From the human T2T-CHM13v2.0 reference genome, Homo sapiens: a stretch of 64,000 bases of DNA. A program made the position numbers and the translations under genes. Shown here piece by piece: positions 27,201 to 40,503 of this stretch. The stretch lies in NCBI RefSeq assembly GCF_009914755.1, contig NC_060928.1. One strand, 5' to 3'. Numbering within the stretch: position 1 is the first letter of the stretch; every line of letters begins with the position of its first letter. The notes beneath the pieces are model-generated. The model did no database searches, was not told the DNA's origin, and worked only from the letters and a program-made list of their open reading frames with translations.

Positions 27201-27829
27201 GAAATTGCATATGATATTTAGGTGAAACAATAAAACAAGACATGACCTCTCAAAAACTCATCTTCAAAATGCTTTGAATCTGTTAATGAAACAGTCCAAT
27301 CTAAGATTCTGTAGTGTATAATGGGCACCTTGGTAGAGCAATGTGCGGGGTACACCAGGAGCAAGAAGAGGATAAGGCCAAAGGATGTGAGAGCGTCCTG
27401 ATAAGTGTTTCCTCTCTTCCTTATTTCCAGATGTCTCTCTGATTCTCGTGCCCCACCATCTGCCTGACTGACTTCCTGGGCCTGAACTTGTTCTCTGGGC
27501 TCTCCCTGTGAAGATCTATCCTTTGCCATCAGTCCCAGATTTCATCTGGGAATTTGATTTGTTCCTCCTAACTGACATGTTTGAACCAGGGGTATTGGCC
27601 TTTTCTAATCCTGGTCACACCCAGATCAACCCCTCTTCGAGTATCTGCCATGCCCAGCAATGCCACAACTGGAACTTGATATATAGTGTGTCTTTAACTG
27701 TGGAAAAAGAGAGAAAGTAGTCATCTTTCTTTATCTTGCCACACTGTCCTATGGTAATAATTCCCTAATGATATCCAAAGAGCTAAAGTGGTTTTCTTGA
27801 CTATGTTCTCTGATGAAAGGTTGGAGAGG

Positions 27830-28010
27830 AGAAGAGAAATGACATTTGTTGAATACCTGTTACGTGCCTACACATGAGGAATTAAGATCTTTTCAGAGAG
27901 CAGAAAACTGAGGCTTAGAAAGGTTAAGTGACATTCCCATGGTTACACAGCTAGTAAGAGTCAGAGACTGAATTTTAACCCTGGACCTTCTTACTCCAAA
28001 ATCCATGTTC
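27830..28010 (-). mobile_element. MIR SINE
   Basis: gaaaactgaggcttagaaaggttaagtgacattcccatggttacacagctagtaag. Confidence 0.7.
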
Positions 28011-28022
28011 TACCTAGGATGG

Positions 28023-28180
28023 AAATGCTTCTCAAACTCTAATGCGCATGCAAATTACTGGAGATCTTGTTAAAATGCAGATTCTAATTCATAGTTCTGA
28101 GGTGGAGTCTGAGACTTGCATTTGTAATAACCTCCCAGGTGGTGCTAATGCTGGGATACTGCCCCCAATTTTGAGAAGGG
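28023..28180. mobile_element. MER5A-like MITE
   Basis: cttctcaaactctaatgcgcatgcaaattactggagatcttgttaaaatgcagattct...ctcccaggtggtgctaatgctg. Confidence 0.7.
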
Positions 28181-28242
28181 AGATAATACGTAAGACACAC
28201 CTTCTACACATAAGCCTGGTAAATCCAAAAGGCCCCACAGGA

Positions 28243-28492
28243 TGCAGTTCTCAATAGGGGTGATAACACCACATCTTCCCCCAGGGCAACAAAGTGTGGC
28301 AGCATCTCTTAGTTGTGTTTTTTAGTTGTTACTATGACTGGTGTAGTTACTGGCATTTAGTATCTGGGAGTCAAGGATGCTGCAAATGCTACAGAGAAAG
28401 AAATAGTCTAGGTTGATTTGTTCAGGACAGTCCTGCACAACCCGGAATTGTACCACCTACAATTTTTACAGCATCCCCATTAAGAAACCCAG
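28243..28492. mobile_element. MER20B-like hAT MITE
   Basis: gttctcaatagggg...tactggcatttagt...aggatgctg...aggacagtcctgcacaac...ttaagaaaccc. Confidence 0.5.
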
Positions 28493-28974
28493 AACAGTAA
28501 CGTGGGGAGGTGCGCACCACTGTCAGCCACGAGCCCTTTGGCTGCCTTATTTCCATGACTTTTTCTCAGTCATTAGAAACTCAGGTCTGCCCTCCAGCTG
28601 TTCTGTTCCAAACTGTCATCATTGACAGCTGCTCTGCAGGATATCACTGCACACACATGAGTGCATGTTGATGTCTTGCTAACTGAAACTCCTAAGTGTC
28701 AACAGAAAAGATGATCCAAGGTGGGCCTAATCAGAGAGAGGTGTGTTCATATATTTCTGTGTGCCTTCCAAGAGTACAGGGATGCCACTATTACTTAAAA
28801 GTGGACATTTTAGTAAACCATGTAGGCCAGCTGAAAAATTTATATCATTTTGCATTCCATGAGAATTTCAAAGGGTATTTATTGAAAAGATAGGCAAAGT
28901 GCTCACATCTACTAAGCTTCTTCTCTATGTCAGGAACTGGGCAGGTTCTTTACAAATGTTATTGCTTTAGATAC

Positions 28975-29232
28975 ATAGCATAGTGTAGTCATCATAGACT
29001 TAGACTACGGTGGAGCTACTGTGTCGGGGTTTGAATCTCGGCTGAGCTAATTACCAGTTGTGTGACCCTGAAAAAAATTGTTTAACCTCTTGTTTCCTCA
29101 GTTTCTTCATCTGTAAAATGGGGATCAGAATGGCATCTGCCTTATTAGGCTGTTATGAAAGTTAAATGAATCAATGCCAACAGCATGCTTAGAATAGTAC
29201 CTGGCACAGAGCAAATTTACAAATGTTGTTTC
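28975..29232 (+). mobile_element. MIR SINE
   Basis: ttgaatctcggctgag...cctcagtttcttcatctgtaaaatggggat...cttagaatagtacctggcacagag. Confidence 0.72.
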
Positions 29233-29523
29233 ATTAGATCCACAGCATAATAAAATATTTCATTTAGAAATAATAAAGCATATTATTGCCAAATAAAATA
29301 GCCATGTAAGATAAATGATTTTCCTCATTTTACAGATGAGGAAACTGAGACATTCAAGTTGAACACAGCCACAGTGTAGTAGAATCTGATTAATCATAAT
29401 GATAAAAGCTAATATTCACTGAGCACTTATTATGTGCCAGATACTATTCTAAGTGTTTTACCAAGATCAACTCAATCCTCACAATTACCCTAAAAGATAG
29501 GTATTTTATCCCCATTTTATTAA

Positions 29524-31042
29524 TGACGGCACTGGCCTGTCTGGAGCAGCCCCTTGTGGGGATGCTAACTGCAGCCTGGGAGGCATGGCCGGGGCTGCGC
29601 TAGGAGGAGCTGGCAAGGCTGGGAACAGGCGGGGGCCCCACCCTTTATCCAGCTGGTGGGACAGGAGACCCGCATTCCCGGGCGCCGCCCAGCCATGGTT
29701 CTGGACCGAGGCATCACTGCGCTTTCCGGGGTCCAGGAAGTTCCCTCCCCCAACAGGCTTGAAAGTGCCTGCTCCCTCTCCTGGTGCCCATTCCGGGCTG
29801 GCGCAAAGTTGCGGCCAAGCCCAGGCAGGCACTGCTGCAACCTGGCTGGGTGTGCACGTGCTCAGGGCAGCACTGACACACTAGCCCCTGCCACCTCAGG
29901 CCCCTCTGGACTTTGGGCACCAACCAGCATGGGAGGGAGGATGAAGGAGTGCTGAGGGCTGCTTGGGGCGTGCCAGCACCCTTTGGCAGGAACAGCCTGG
30001 GCACCATGGATGGCCTATTGATGGCAGGAGGCAGACAGTTTCCTGGGCTGAAAAGGGTGGGTCCCTGGTGAAACCCCATCTTCAAGCCAGGGATGACCTG
30101 AGGCCTGGGGGCCGGACAGTTCCGGGTGAAGTCCCTGGCCAGGAGTGAGAATTTATGATACTTTTTCCAGGCCCACCCATGGTCGTCCATGAACCAATCA
30201 GCAAGCACTGCCTCCCTTCTGAGCGTATAAAAACCCTGGACTCAGCCAGCATCCAACAGATATCGGGACAACCTGCCTGCGGAAAGGAGCTACCCGCTCT
30301 ACTGAGAGCTGGACACTCAATGGGACGACCTGCCTGTGGAAAGGAGTTACTCACTGTGGGTCTCCTGAGAGCTGTTCTGCCTCTCAATGAAGCTCCTCTC
30401 TGCTTTGTTCACCCTCCAGTTGTCTACATACCTCTTTCTTCCTGGACGCAGGACAAGAACTCAGGACCTGCCAAATGGCAGGACTGAAAGAGCCATAACA
30501 CAAACAGAGCTGAAATACCCTTGCCACCTTACCACGCTGTGGGCAACAAGAAGGAGAGAAGAGCTGGGGCCCTTCAGGGAGCCCAGACCTAGGGGCTCCC
30601 TGAGTCAGGACTGTGACATCCTCTTTGAGGCCCTGCAGTTCCTGGCATCTCGAAGCTTCTAGGCACCAACACATTCCCCTCGTCCAGATGCAGGTGTCCA
30701 CAGCAGAAGCTGCATGCTGTCCATCTGGTCCAGCCGCAGTCTTGCGCAGGGCTGACACCTGTGCTGGCGCCTGGAGCTGCCTGCCCTGCCGCAACAGCCA
30801 GCATGCCTGGCTGTGCACAGTGGCCAGACCACGCACTCACTCACCCGCACACTCTTTGCAGCTCCATGCCCAGCTCGCCCTTGGCAGGTGTGGGATCTGG
30901 GCCAGAAGAATAAGCCAAGCGCAGCCCACTAGGCTGAGTGGGTGGAACAAGCCCAGCAGGCCTGAGCAATGCTCAGGCAGAAGGTGCCACCAGCCACAGA
31001 GGTTTCCAGCTGGCAAAACAACACCCCAAGGATCCTGTGACA
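29524..31042 (+). mobile_element. MER52-family (ERV1) solo LTR inserted in a minus-strand MIR
   Basis: GC-rich 1.5 kb, TGAcggcactggcctgtctggagc...caccccaaggatcctgtgaCA. 4-bp TSD-like ttaa/ttac. The MIR halves (29400-29520, 31045-31165) rejoin across it. Explains the dense spurious ORFs here. Confidence 0.82.
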
Positions 31043-31284
31043 TTACCATGTGAGGAAACTGAGGCACAACTAGGAAGTAAAAGTTACTCACCCAAGGTAA
31101 CCTATTTGGTTAGTGGTGAATCAAGGATGATTTCAGCCCAAAGGTTTGACTCTGGAGCCTGAGTGCTATAGTTCCCAAGTCCATGCTTTATCCATCTCCT
31201 CACCTTCCAATTGCTCGTCTATTATGTACCCAGCCCTAAACTAGGCGTATTGTAGGATAAAACAAAGTAAAACTCACAATGTTT

Positions 31285-31583
31285 TTTGTTTGTTTGTTTT
31301 GAGACGGAGTCTCATTCTGTCCCCCAGGCTGGAGTGCAGTGGCTCCATCTCGGCTCACCGCAACCTCCGCCTCCCAGTTACAGCGATTCTCCTGCCTCAG
31401 CCGCACGAGTAGCTGGGATTACAGGCGCCCACCACCACGCCCGTCTAATTTTTTTGTATTTTTAGTAGAGACGGGGTTTCACCATGTTGGTCAGGTTGGT
31501 CGCAAATTCCTGACCTCCGGTAATCCACCCGCCTCGGCCTCCCAAATTGCTGGGATTACAGGCGTGAGCCACCGCGCCCAGCC
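31285..31583 (-). mobile_element. AluS
   Basis: Full antisense Alu. TSD ACTCACAATGTTT at 31272-31284 and 31587-31599. Confidence 0.93.
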
Positions 31584-33819
31584 TGGACTCACAATGTTTA
31601 CTTTCAAGCTAATAACTTCATGCCACATCTTTATCTTCTTGTTGGATAGATTATTGGCAAATTGGCATGTGAACATAAACCTGCAATTAAGTCTCAGTTC
31701 TGCCAGTTACTGGCTTTAATGACTTTGGGCACATAATTCAGTCTCCCATAGCTTCTAATTCCTCACCTAAAAAACTACAGATGTTAAGTCTTATTTGGCA
31801 GTGTTGTTTATAAGGACTAAATAAGATCCTTTGTGTATAGTGCTCAACAAACATTAGCTGTCATTTTTCTTTTCCTTTCTCTGTGCCTCAGAAGGAATGA
31901 AAAACTGAAATTAGAAATGCAAATCTTGTTGACAAATTATTTACAATAAAGTTTCTGGATGACAGCTAAATTAGTTGAAGTTTTATAAATTTGAGTTTTG
32001 TTCCTAAAAACCCATTTCGCTTAATTAAAACGCCAAATAATCATGAAAAGAAAAACCCCCACACTTTGTGTACACACTTTGATAAAAATATATTTAGTAT
32101 GTAAAACCAAACACATGATATAAATCTACATTTGAAAATGTCTGTGATGAGGGAGGATATAGGCTAATTGTTTAGCTCCTGAAAATGAAAGCCCAGTGGA
32201 CTAAAGAGGCCTTCTTTTCCTGGTAGGTTTCTAAGTAGTCAGAATCAGCAATTCTCTTTGCTCCAGGGACCTAAAAATGTTCAATATTTGGATTGTCTGG
32301 GGCAAAATTTTCCACTGATAAGCCAGTGAAGATGAATGGTCATTTCTAAGGGAGGAGTTTTCCAGGTGACTTCTCTTACAGAGATCTCCTGTTTCCTTTT
32401 CAAAAATTAAGCACCCATCTTGAACAGTAGCTTTCATTTGCAAAGACTTCAGCTAACTTCTCTATATCAACCCTTTCAGCTTGCCCTAAAATCTGATAAT
32501 TTGACAATCAGTTCTCTTTTGGAATGTTCAAACCATCTTTCACTCCATTTACCATGTTTTTGTGATGTTTTCACAAGCTCTGTATGTAAGAGTTTTAAAA
32601 AGAGATAATTACTGCCCTTGCCGAAATTTATAGCTTAGTTGAAGGGCATGTTCTTTAGCCAATCATGAATCCATATCATCACAATTTTTCCACCTCTCAA
32701 ATTAGCACATCACATTGTCTTATCACTAATTATTTGCATTGACTTTATTCTGAGAGCACATCAGTTTCAGCTGTTAGGTAATCATAAATAAAAATTTGTT
32801 CTTGATAAGCCTATAAAGATGAAAGTTCTCAAGTTAAGCCATCCTAAGTCAAGTGGTGCCTGTTTCCAAATATACCATTAATTACATATGATGTCTTTGC
32901 TCAAAATGAGTACTCTGGCCTGTTAACTAATCCTACTAACATCACTTCTCTTAGAGCTAGGAAAAAATTCTGGTCTCAATTGAGTTATTTGGTAATTCCA
33001 TGTCCTAGAGATGAAGTTCTTTGCATAATCAAGTTTTTAAATGTCAGCAGTAGTTTGGAGTGATATAAAAGTGTTTCTGACTTTTGAAAAGACTTCCAAA
33101 TATCCTTAAGTCTGTGTAATCTTTTCTAAGAAGTCAAAAGAAGACTGAAGTTTTTTGTCAGTCTGAAGAGGGTCCCAATACAGGGTCATGAATACTGAGT
33201 GTTATGTCTGCACATTTAGTCCTGAAATATGTAATCCTACATCCAGAGTAAATAGCCCAGCCTTGGAAAAGTTGAAGTCACAAGCTCAAAAAGCTTAAAC
33301 AAGCAAAAGGAGTAATGAAGTATGTTTATTGCTCTTTAATAAAAAACCTATTTACATTTAGCATATTTTCAACCCAATATTCTACCCAATTTTATTAATA
33401 GGCCTTTCTAGGAATTTGGGAGATTGAAGAATAGAATAGTGTCTTAAACCCTGACAGTAAACAAGATCAGCATGCTTCAAAATCCTCTGCTGTGCACCAC
33501 ATAAAAGAAGTAGGAAAGGTGGAAAAGAAACAGTTATTGGTATGGATGACATTAAAAGGCCAGGTCCAGAAATATTCATGCCTGCAGACATTTTATGAGA
33601 GAAAAAGTATAACTAGTAAATGAATATGTAAGAATATTTTCAACCTTGGTAGTAATTTTTTAAATTCTAAATAAAACTGATATACCATTTTTGCATAGTA
33701 AAATTAGACAACAAAAAACACATTTCCAACTTTAAAAATCAAGGTATCCAATGCCAGACATGCTTTAATAAAATGATTATTTTTTCTAGTGGAATATAAG
33801 TTGGCAAAAACCTCTCACA

Positions 33820-34235
33820 GATCAGAAACCTGAGGATCATTCTCCAAAACGGAGATCTGTGTGCAGGAGGCTTATTGGAAAGTGAATTTGGGATCAGCAC
33901 CTGAAAGGGAGAGAAAGAAGCAGGATTGGGCAGAGGGCAAGCTGGAACTGCAGTACAGTTGCAGCAAAGGTCTCAGCCAATCCTGTGAGGACCTCTGAGT
34001 CTGAGGTGCCCCTTCAGCTTTGTCTTAAGTTGATGAGTATTACAGGTTCACATGTCTCCTCACCCCACGGGGACATAAATTCAGGCAAGACAGCTCTCTC
34101 CACTCCATAGCAAGTCCCAGAAAGGAAGTTCAGCTGAGACTATCTGCCACCAACCCTCCTGCCAGCTGGGGGGATTAACAAACAGACCTGGAAGGGGATC
34201 TGGGTGGCACACCATGACCTCCACTGTAGACAACT
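33820..34235 (-). mobile_element. LTR33-like ERVL LTR
   Basis: gaagcaggattgggcagagggcaagctg...aggtctcagccaatcctgtgaggacctctgag...gccccttcag resembles the recalled LTR33 consensus. Confidence 0.55.
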
Positions 34236-34239
34236 TTGG

Positions 34240-35625
34240 CACCATTTAGTTCCACTTGTTTCATGTAATAAATTCTGGGAAAACTCCAGTATTCTGGGGG
34301 ACTCTTACAAGAGAAAGGTTAATGCGAGAAACTACCATTCCTGTCACTGCAGCTATCTCAAGGAAGTAACAGACAGTCATCTTCCCTGTCCTCCACCGCC
34401 AATGCTGGAGTCTCTTTTCCCTCAACTAGCATCTCTGCTGGTATAGGCAGCTAGGCTGCTGATGTGATAGACTCCTAGGGTCGCCATTGTCAACTCACTG
34501 GTCACCATGACCTTCTTAGGGCATGATGGCTGTGTTTGTTCATTTACCATCAAAACTGGGCGAAGGGTTGCCAAGAGCAAACTAAGTGGATCACCTGAGT
34601 GCCAAATATATCATTCTCTGCTCCTATATTGCTCAGCAGCAGCTGATGGTCAGGGTCAATTATTCCTGCCAGTATGGCAATTACTTTCTTTGCCTACTGG
34701 TCTCTTGGGACAAGGTCTTTGAAGTAACTGAGCAGCAGTTCTTACCTTAAAAATATCTTTCTGTGTTCCTTGGTGAAACGATTTACCCTCTAAAAACCAA
34801 GGCCACTAAAATGTCAGAACCCAGAGTTGCAGAGAAGGGAAGCACACAATTTCCCTAAGGGGGCCACTAGGGCTGACTGTAACAGGGTCACTGCTACTTT
34901 CACCTCTTGCTTTCCAGATCTATATATTCTATGTTTTGAAAACACTATATGTGTAACATGATATGTGTATGGATTTAGGGTGTATACTACATCCTAGAGG
35001 ATGGTGTCCCATCTGCACAAGACATCCTTTCCCAGATAGTATGTCAGCTGGGCCTTTGACAGACTGCTTTACTCAGTCCAGTAGCCTCTAGGTGGTGGGG
35101 TATTTGATAGGACCAGTGGATACCATGGCCATGTGCCCCTGCCGCACCTCCTTTGCTATATAATGGGCATCTTGGCCCATTGCAGTTTTATGTGGGATCC
35201 CATGCTATAGCTCAAACTCTCTCTCAGCCCTTGGTTAATGGCACTGGATGAAGCCCTGCAGACAGAAAAGGCAAACCCATATCTGGAATAGGTGTCAAAT
35301 CCAGTGCAGAAGGGGTCTCACAGCCTATACTTACTGCGGATCCTTTTCTGTCCTGAGCCCCACACAAAGTTGGAAGTCTTATGTGTCACCCAGTATATGG
35401 GTTGAAGCAATATTCTTAGGTGCATAATATGCTGCCTCTATAAATCAAAGATGCCTGCCAGGCATTGTGTTCCTCCCTGGTAATGGGAAGCATAAGATTC
35501 AATAATATTCCCCTAACTTTGGAGAGAATATTCAGGGTGCCTCAGACTATTAGGCCAAAAATCTCATTAATCTTGTGAGCCCCTGAATTTTCTTAGTGTT
35601 TATCTCTCACCCTCTAGAACATCTT
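34240..35625 (-). mobile_element. Degenerate ERVL internal sequence
   Basis: Follows the LTR33-like element directly. Motifs such as ccatcaaaactgggcgaaggg and ggcaaacccatatctggaatagg resemble old ERVL internal sequence. Confidence 0.4.
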
Positions 35626-35631
35626 GTGTTA

Positions 35632-35790
35632 AATTTTCTGTTGTTACACAAAGAATTACCACAAACTTAGCAGCTTAAAACAACACGCATATCCTACTTC
35701 CCAGTTCTGTAGGTCAGAAGTCCAGGCAGGCTCAACTGGGTTCTCTGTTTAAGATCTCACAAGGCCAAAGTCAGGGTGTTGGCTGCATAT
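35632..35790 (-). mobile_element. MLT1 (MaLR) LTR fragment
   Basis: aattaccacaaacttagcagcttaaaacaacac...cagttctgtaggtcagaagtcc. Confidence 0.7.
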
Positions 35791-36619
35791 CATCTAGTTC
35801 ACCATCATTAAAATGTTCAGCAACTGCACCACCATCACACGCCTCAGGCTATCTGTGTTCTGCCTTCCATCAGTAGATTTCACTTGCTGCCCAACTTTTT
35901 GAATAATGCGTTGAACATAAAACACTAGGTAACCACTATGTATATTTACAACTTTCACTATTCCCTCTAAAATTAAGACCTATGGCCTGCTTGACCACCA
36001 ACTATCCCATGTAAATAAAACAGTGAGTGATTTCACATTTCAGTGGAATCTCTTTGACCTGATATAAACATGTCTGGTTCTTCTTCAGTACTAATCTCCA
36101 TGTATGTTTCCTATATACATCATGATTTACAAAGTTATTCCTAACTAAAAGAACACAAATCTCCTATATCATGGGTTTTCAGGAATAGATAACACAAAAA
36201 AAAATCAAGCAATTTTCCTTCATATATAACTTGACAAATGTCAGGGGCTAATTTAAAACTCTGAATCTCTGTGGTTTTATACAACTGCCAAGTAAAATAT
36301 TTACCATTATTATGCTATCATGATAATAGTTGCTTCTTCACATTACATTTCATTGATGCTGAGCAATGCACAATGGAGCCAATTCATAAAGGAATTTTAC
36401 CAATAGTCTTCAAACATATTTATCATTAACTTTGTGACCAATTTTATAAGATTCTTGTGATTTGTGTAATAAGTACTAATTTTTTGTCATAAGCAATACT
36501 ACTTTATTCTTCCATTTTGGTCTCTTCACCTTTAGCAATATAATTTATTGGTATTGTACTAGAAATCATCATTTTGTGCTTTTCCTTGGGAAACAAATTA
36601 GTTTGCTGTGGAGGTCATT

Positions 36620-37118
36620 TGTGGAAGAAACTGTTAGTTGACTGTAAAATGCCCATATTCCCCTTCCTCCTTAGTATCAGAACCTCAAATTTAGGATGGA
36701 CACTGTGATGCTCAGATGGAAGACTACCAGCCCACCTTCCTTACAGCTAGGATTGTTATGTGACTACATCCTGGTATGAGATATAAATAGATGTGTTTAT
36801 GTTAGGACTTACAGGAAGCCTTCTTGAAGGAGAATGGGTGCACCCATTCTTACTTCTTCCTGCTGGCTACAGTAAGAGTGTGTTGCCTGGAACTCCAGCA
36901 GCCATCTTTGATGATGAATTAAAGGTAAGAAAGAAGCCATACACTAAGAAGGTGGAACAAAGAGTAAAGAGCCTGGGTTCTGATGACACCATGGTGCCAC
37001 TATACCAACCCCAGACTGCCTAACCCCAGACTTCTTCGAGAAAGAGAAATGAATCTCAAGTCATTGTTATTTTGGAGTTATTTCTTATATGCAGCTGAAA
37101 TTATCCCCAATGAGTGTA
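36620..37118 (+). mobile_element. MLT1J/K-like LTR
   Basis: cttcttcctgctggc...ggaactccagcagccatctttg...gagcctgggttctgatgacaccatgg...tgcagctgaaatt. Confidence 0.6.
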
Positions 37119-38613
37119 TTATTAAACTTTGTTTGAAAAAGAGTACAATGACTCCATGCCATTTTTTCCAAAGGACAATACACTATAAGGGAAAATTAAA
37201 TTGTCAGTCCAGTAACACTCAAATTCAGGTATTTATTGTTATGCTTTCTAATAATATATTTTTTCTTGTGTAAAATCATTATTCCCATGGAGTTACTTGT
37301 CCCAGTTCATGGAATTTCACAGTGCCTATTATTATAATTATGTTTATACATCAATAAACCCTTTTAAGGCTTTGAGTCACTTTGACAACATCAGGATATC
37401 ATGCAACAACCAAAATAACAAATAACAAATATAAATAACAACACCAATGGTAAAACACAATGCTAGAGAGGAGCTGAGAAAAATTACTCAACTTGTCAGA
37501 TTTTCTCTGCAAAATTGTGAAAACCTCATCTCCAGTTTAGGTGCAACTAGAGATGGTTTAGTTTCTCTGGATGAAGAGCTTGTGAATGTCACAACTGTAA
37601 AGCAAAGAGTAACTGATGTGAGGGTTCAAATGTGTCAAGCATGAAGTATGAATGACATTGATTAAGATGTTAGGCATAAATTGGGGCACTAAGATAACAT
37701 CCATATATTTTTAAATCAGTAATATCAGGTAATACCCATTTCTTAAGTTTTGGCATGAATTGACTTTGGGGTTAAAGTTCAGAGAAAACAGTTGTGGACA
37801 GATAGAGGAAGGTAGAATGGCCATCTGGCTGAGGAAATGACAGTGAGGACTGGAGGGTTAGACTCCCACACCCCACAGACCCTACTTCCTTCTGACTTTC
37901 AAAACCATCCTCAAACAAAGTGGCTTTACAGGCAGCTTTCATGTAAGAGTTTGTGAGGAGCCTCGGCTACTTGTACATTCATTTGCCCTAAGCCCTGCAG
38001 AGCTGCTCAAATGTATTGTGTTATCTCTGTGGCTCTCCATGTTTCCCACCAAGATCTGAAGAAAATGTCACCTGCTCCAGCATTCCTTACATGGCAAATT
38101 GAGATTGGGAAAGGGGGAATGCCTAAATGTTTAAAGAAACCTTGATTTTTTCATCTATTCTGGTTCCTTATGGGGCCTGAGACAAAATCTGTGTGTGTCT
38201 GGTGAAGTAATTCCAAACTCTTTGAAATTCAAACCTAACATGAACATGGTAATGAAGATGAACCAGATGTCAGCAGAAATAGCTGACCCACATGGTGTTT
38301 TGACAGAAGCAACACTTTTAGAACATTTTTGTTTGTTAAGAATGTAACAGAATTTCTCCAAAGCCTATAATTAATCTTGTATTGCAAATATGTGAAATAA
38401 ATATAGAGAAAATGGTCATTGCTGTTTCCTGTAAAATCATCACACTTTCTGATGACGTCTTGATAAACTGCTAGGACAACCAAAGGTCTCAGGAGTCCTT
38501 GCAGAGCTCCTGGGCCTCTGAAGCAGAAACGTCACAGTGAGTTTATAGCAGAAGAACCAGGAAGTTCTGAAAACACCATTTTGATGTGAAAGATTGATAA
38601 GAAGAGGCCCTGG

Positions 38614-39287
38614 TAATAGATGCTGGCAAAGCTGTGAAGAAAAGGGTATTCTTATGCACTGCTGGTGGGAATGTAAGTTGGTTCAGCCACTGTGGAAAGC
38701 ATTTTGGAGATTTCTCAAAGAGCTTAAAAAAGAACTACCTTTTTATCTGACCCAGCAATCCCATTATTGGGCATATACCCAAAGGAATATAAATCATTCT
38801 ACCAAAAAGATACAAGCACTCGAATGCTCATCGCAGCACTATTCACAACAGCAAGGACATTAAAACAACCTAGGTGACCATCAACTGAGGATTGGATAAA
38901 GAAAATGTGGTACATATACACCATGGAATACTACACAGCCATTAAAAGGATGAAATCATGTATATCAGCAACATGGATGTAGCTGGAGACTGTAATCCTA
39001 AGCAAATTAACACAGGAACAGAAAACCAAATACCGCATGTTCCTGCTTATAGGTGGGAGCAAAACATTGAATACACAGGGACATAAAGATGGGAACAATA
39101 GACATCAGGGACTACTGGAGGGGGAGGGATGGAGAGAAAGGAGTTGAAACTGCCTATTTGGTACTATGTTCACTATCTGGGTGACTGGATTCATATCCCA
39201 AACATCAGCATCACCCAATATACCAATGTAACAAACCTGCACATGTACCTCCTGTATCTAAAAGTTGAAAATATTTAAAAGAAAATA
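38614..39287 (+). mobile_element. 5'-truncated L1 (old L1PA, ~PA15/16) 3' end
   Basis: Degenerate ORF2 C-terminus ([14 protein letters not shown]), then 3' UTR ending gtaacaaacctgcacatgtacc and an A-rich tail. Confidence 0.85.
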
Positions 39288-39639
39288 TAGGCAGCAGCTG
39301 GTAACATTTATTGAGCACAAACCATATGCCAGGAACTGTTCTAAGCACTCCACATTAATTAATGTAGATAATATTCAGAATAAGCCTTTGAAGTGAAGAC
39401 TATCATTATCCCCATTTAGTAGGTGAGGAGACAGAAGCAAAGAAGTAGAACTTCACACGGCGAGAGGCAGTGCTGAGATATACAGATGCTGTGACTGAGG
39501 GCCCAAAGCCTAACCCATTCTGCTCTATTGCTTTTTAAATGCATGTTCAAGGTAAGCACCAGCAGGTAGAAAAGAAGGGAAAGAAGGAAAGAAGAGAAGA
39601 CTTCTGCAGTCCCCAGATCTTGCCTACACACCTTTTTCC

Positions 39640-39992
39640 TTCTGTACCCCTCAAATTTACATCCGCCAGAGCCTCAGAATGGAAATACAATCTACTTGGA
39701 AATAGGATCTTTGAAGATGTAATTAGTTAAGGTAAGGTCACACTGGATCAGTGTGAGCCCTTATAAGAAGGAAATTCGAACACAGATACACAGGGGAGAA
39801 GGCTGTGTGAGACGGGGCATCAAGAAGTCCAGGAAAGCCAAGGATTGCCAGCAAACTGCCAAGGCGGTAGGAAAGTGGCATGGAGCAGATTCTCCCTTGA
39901 GCTCACAGGAGCAACCAACTTTGCTGGCATCTTGGTTTGAGACTCTGGCCTCTGGATCTGTAAGAAAATTAATTTCTGTTGTTTTAAGTCAC
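39640..39992 (+). mobile_element. MLT1C-like LTR lacking U5, ending in poly(A)
   Basis: ggaaataggatctttgaagatgtaattagttaag...aagccaaggattgccagc...atttctgttgttttaagtcac, then A10(GAAA)n. Confidence 0.72.
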
Positions 39993-40195
39993 AAAAAAAA
40001 AAGAAAGAAAGAAAGAAAAAGAAGGGTACCTGACATCCAGTGCTTGGCACTCAAACAAACTATGTCTAAAACTAGAGTATCATATGCAAATTCATCTGAA
40101 GATCGCAGCAGCCTGTGTGCAAGTCCTAGGCAACATGAGCATAGTAACTGAGCTGTAAATGACAGCTGCCTAGGAGAGAGGACTACATATTTTTA

Positions 40196-40503
<308 letters not shown>

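Noticed and set aside
29506-31162. Dense overlapping ORFs on both strands and CpG-island-like composition
   Set aside because: Explained by the GC-rich MER52 LTR, where stop codons are rare.
31339-31719. Alu-derived ORFs (also 11480-11713, 40193-40571, 44971-45177)
   Set aside because: Standard translations of Alu sequence, not genes.
35880-37760. AT-rich blocks flanking the MLT1J/K LTR that may be an old DNA-transposon remnant
   Set aside because: I could not identify terminal repeats or a convincing transposase motif by eye.
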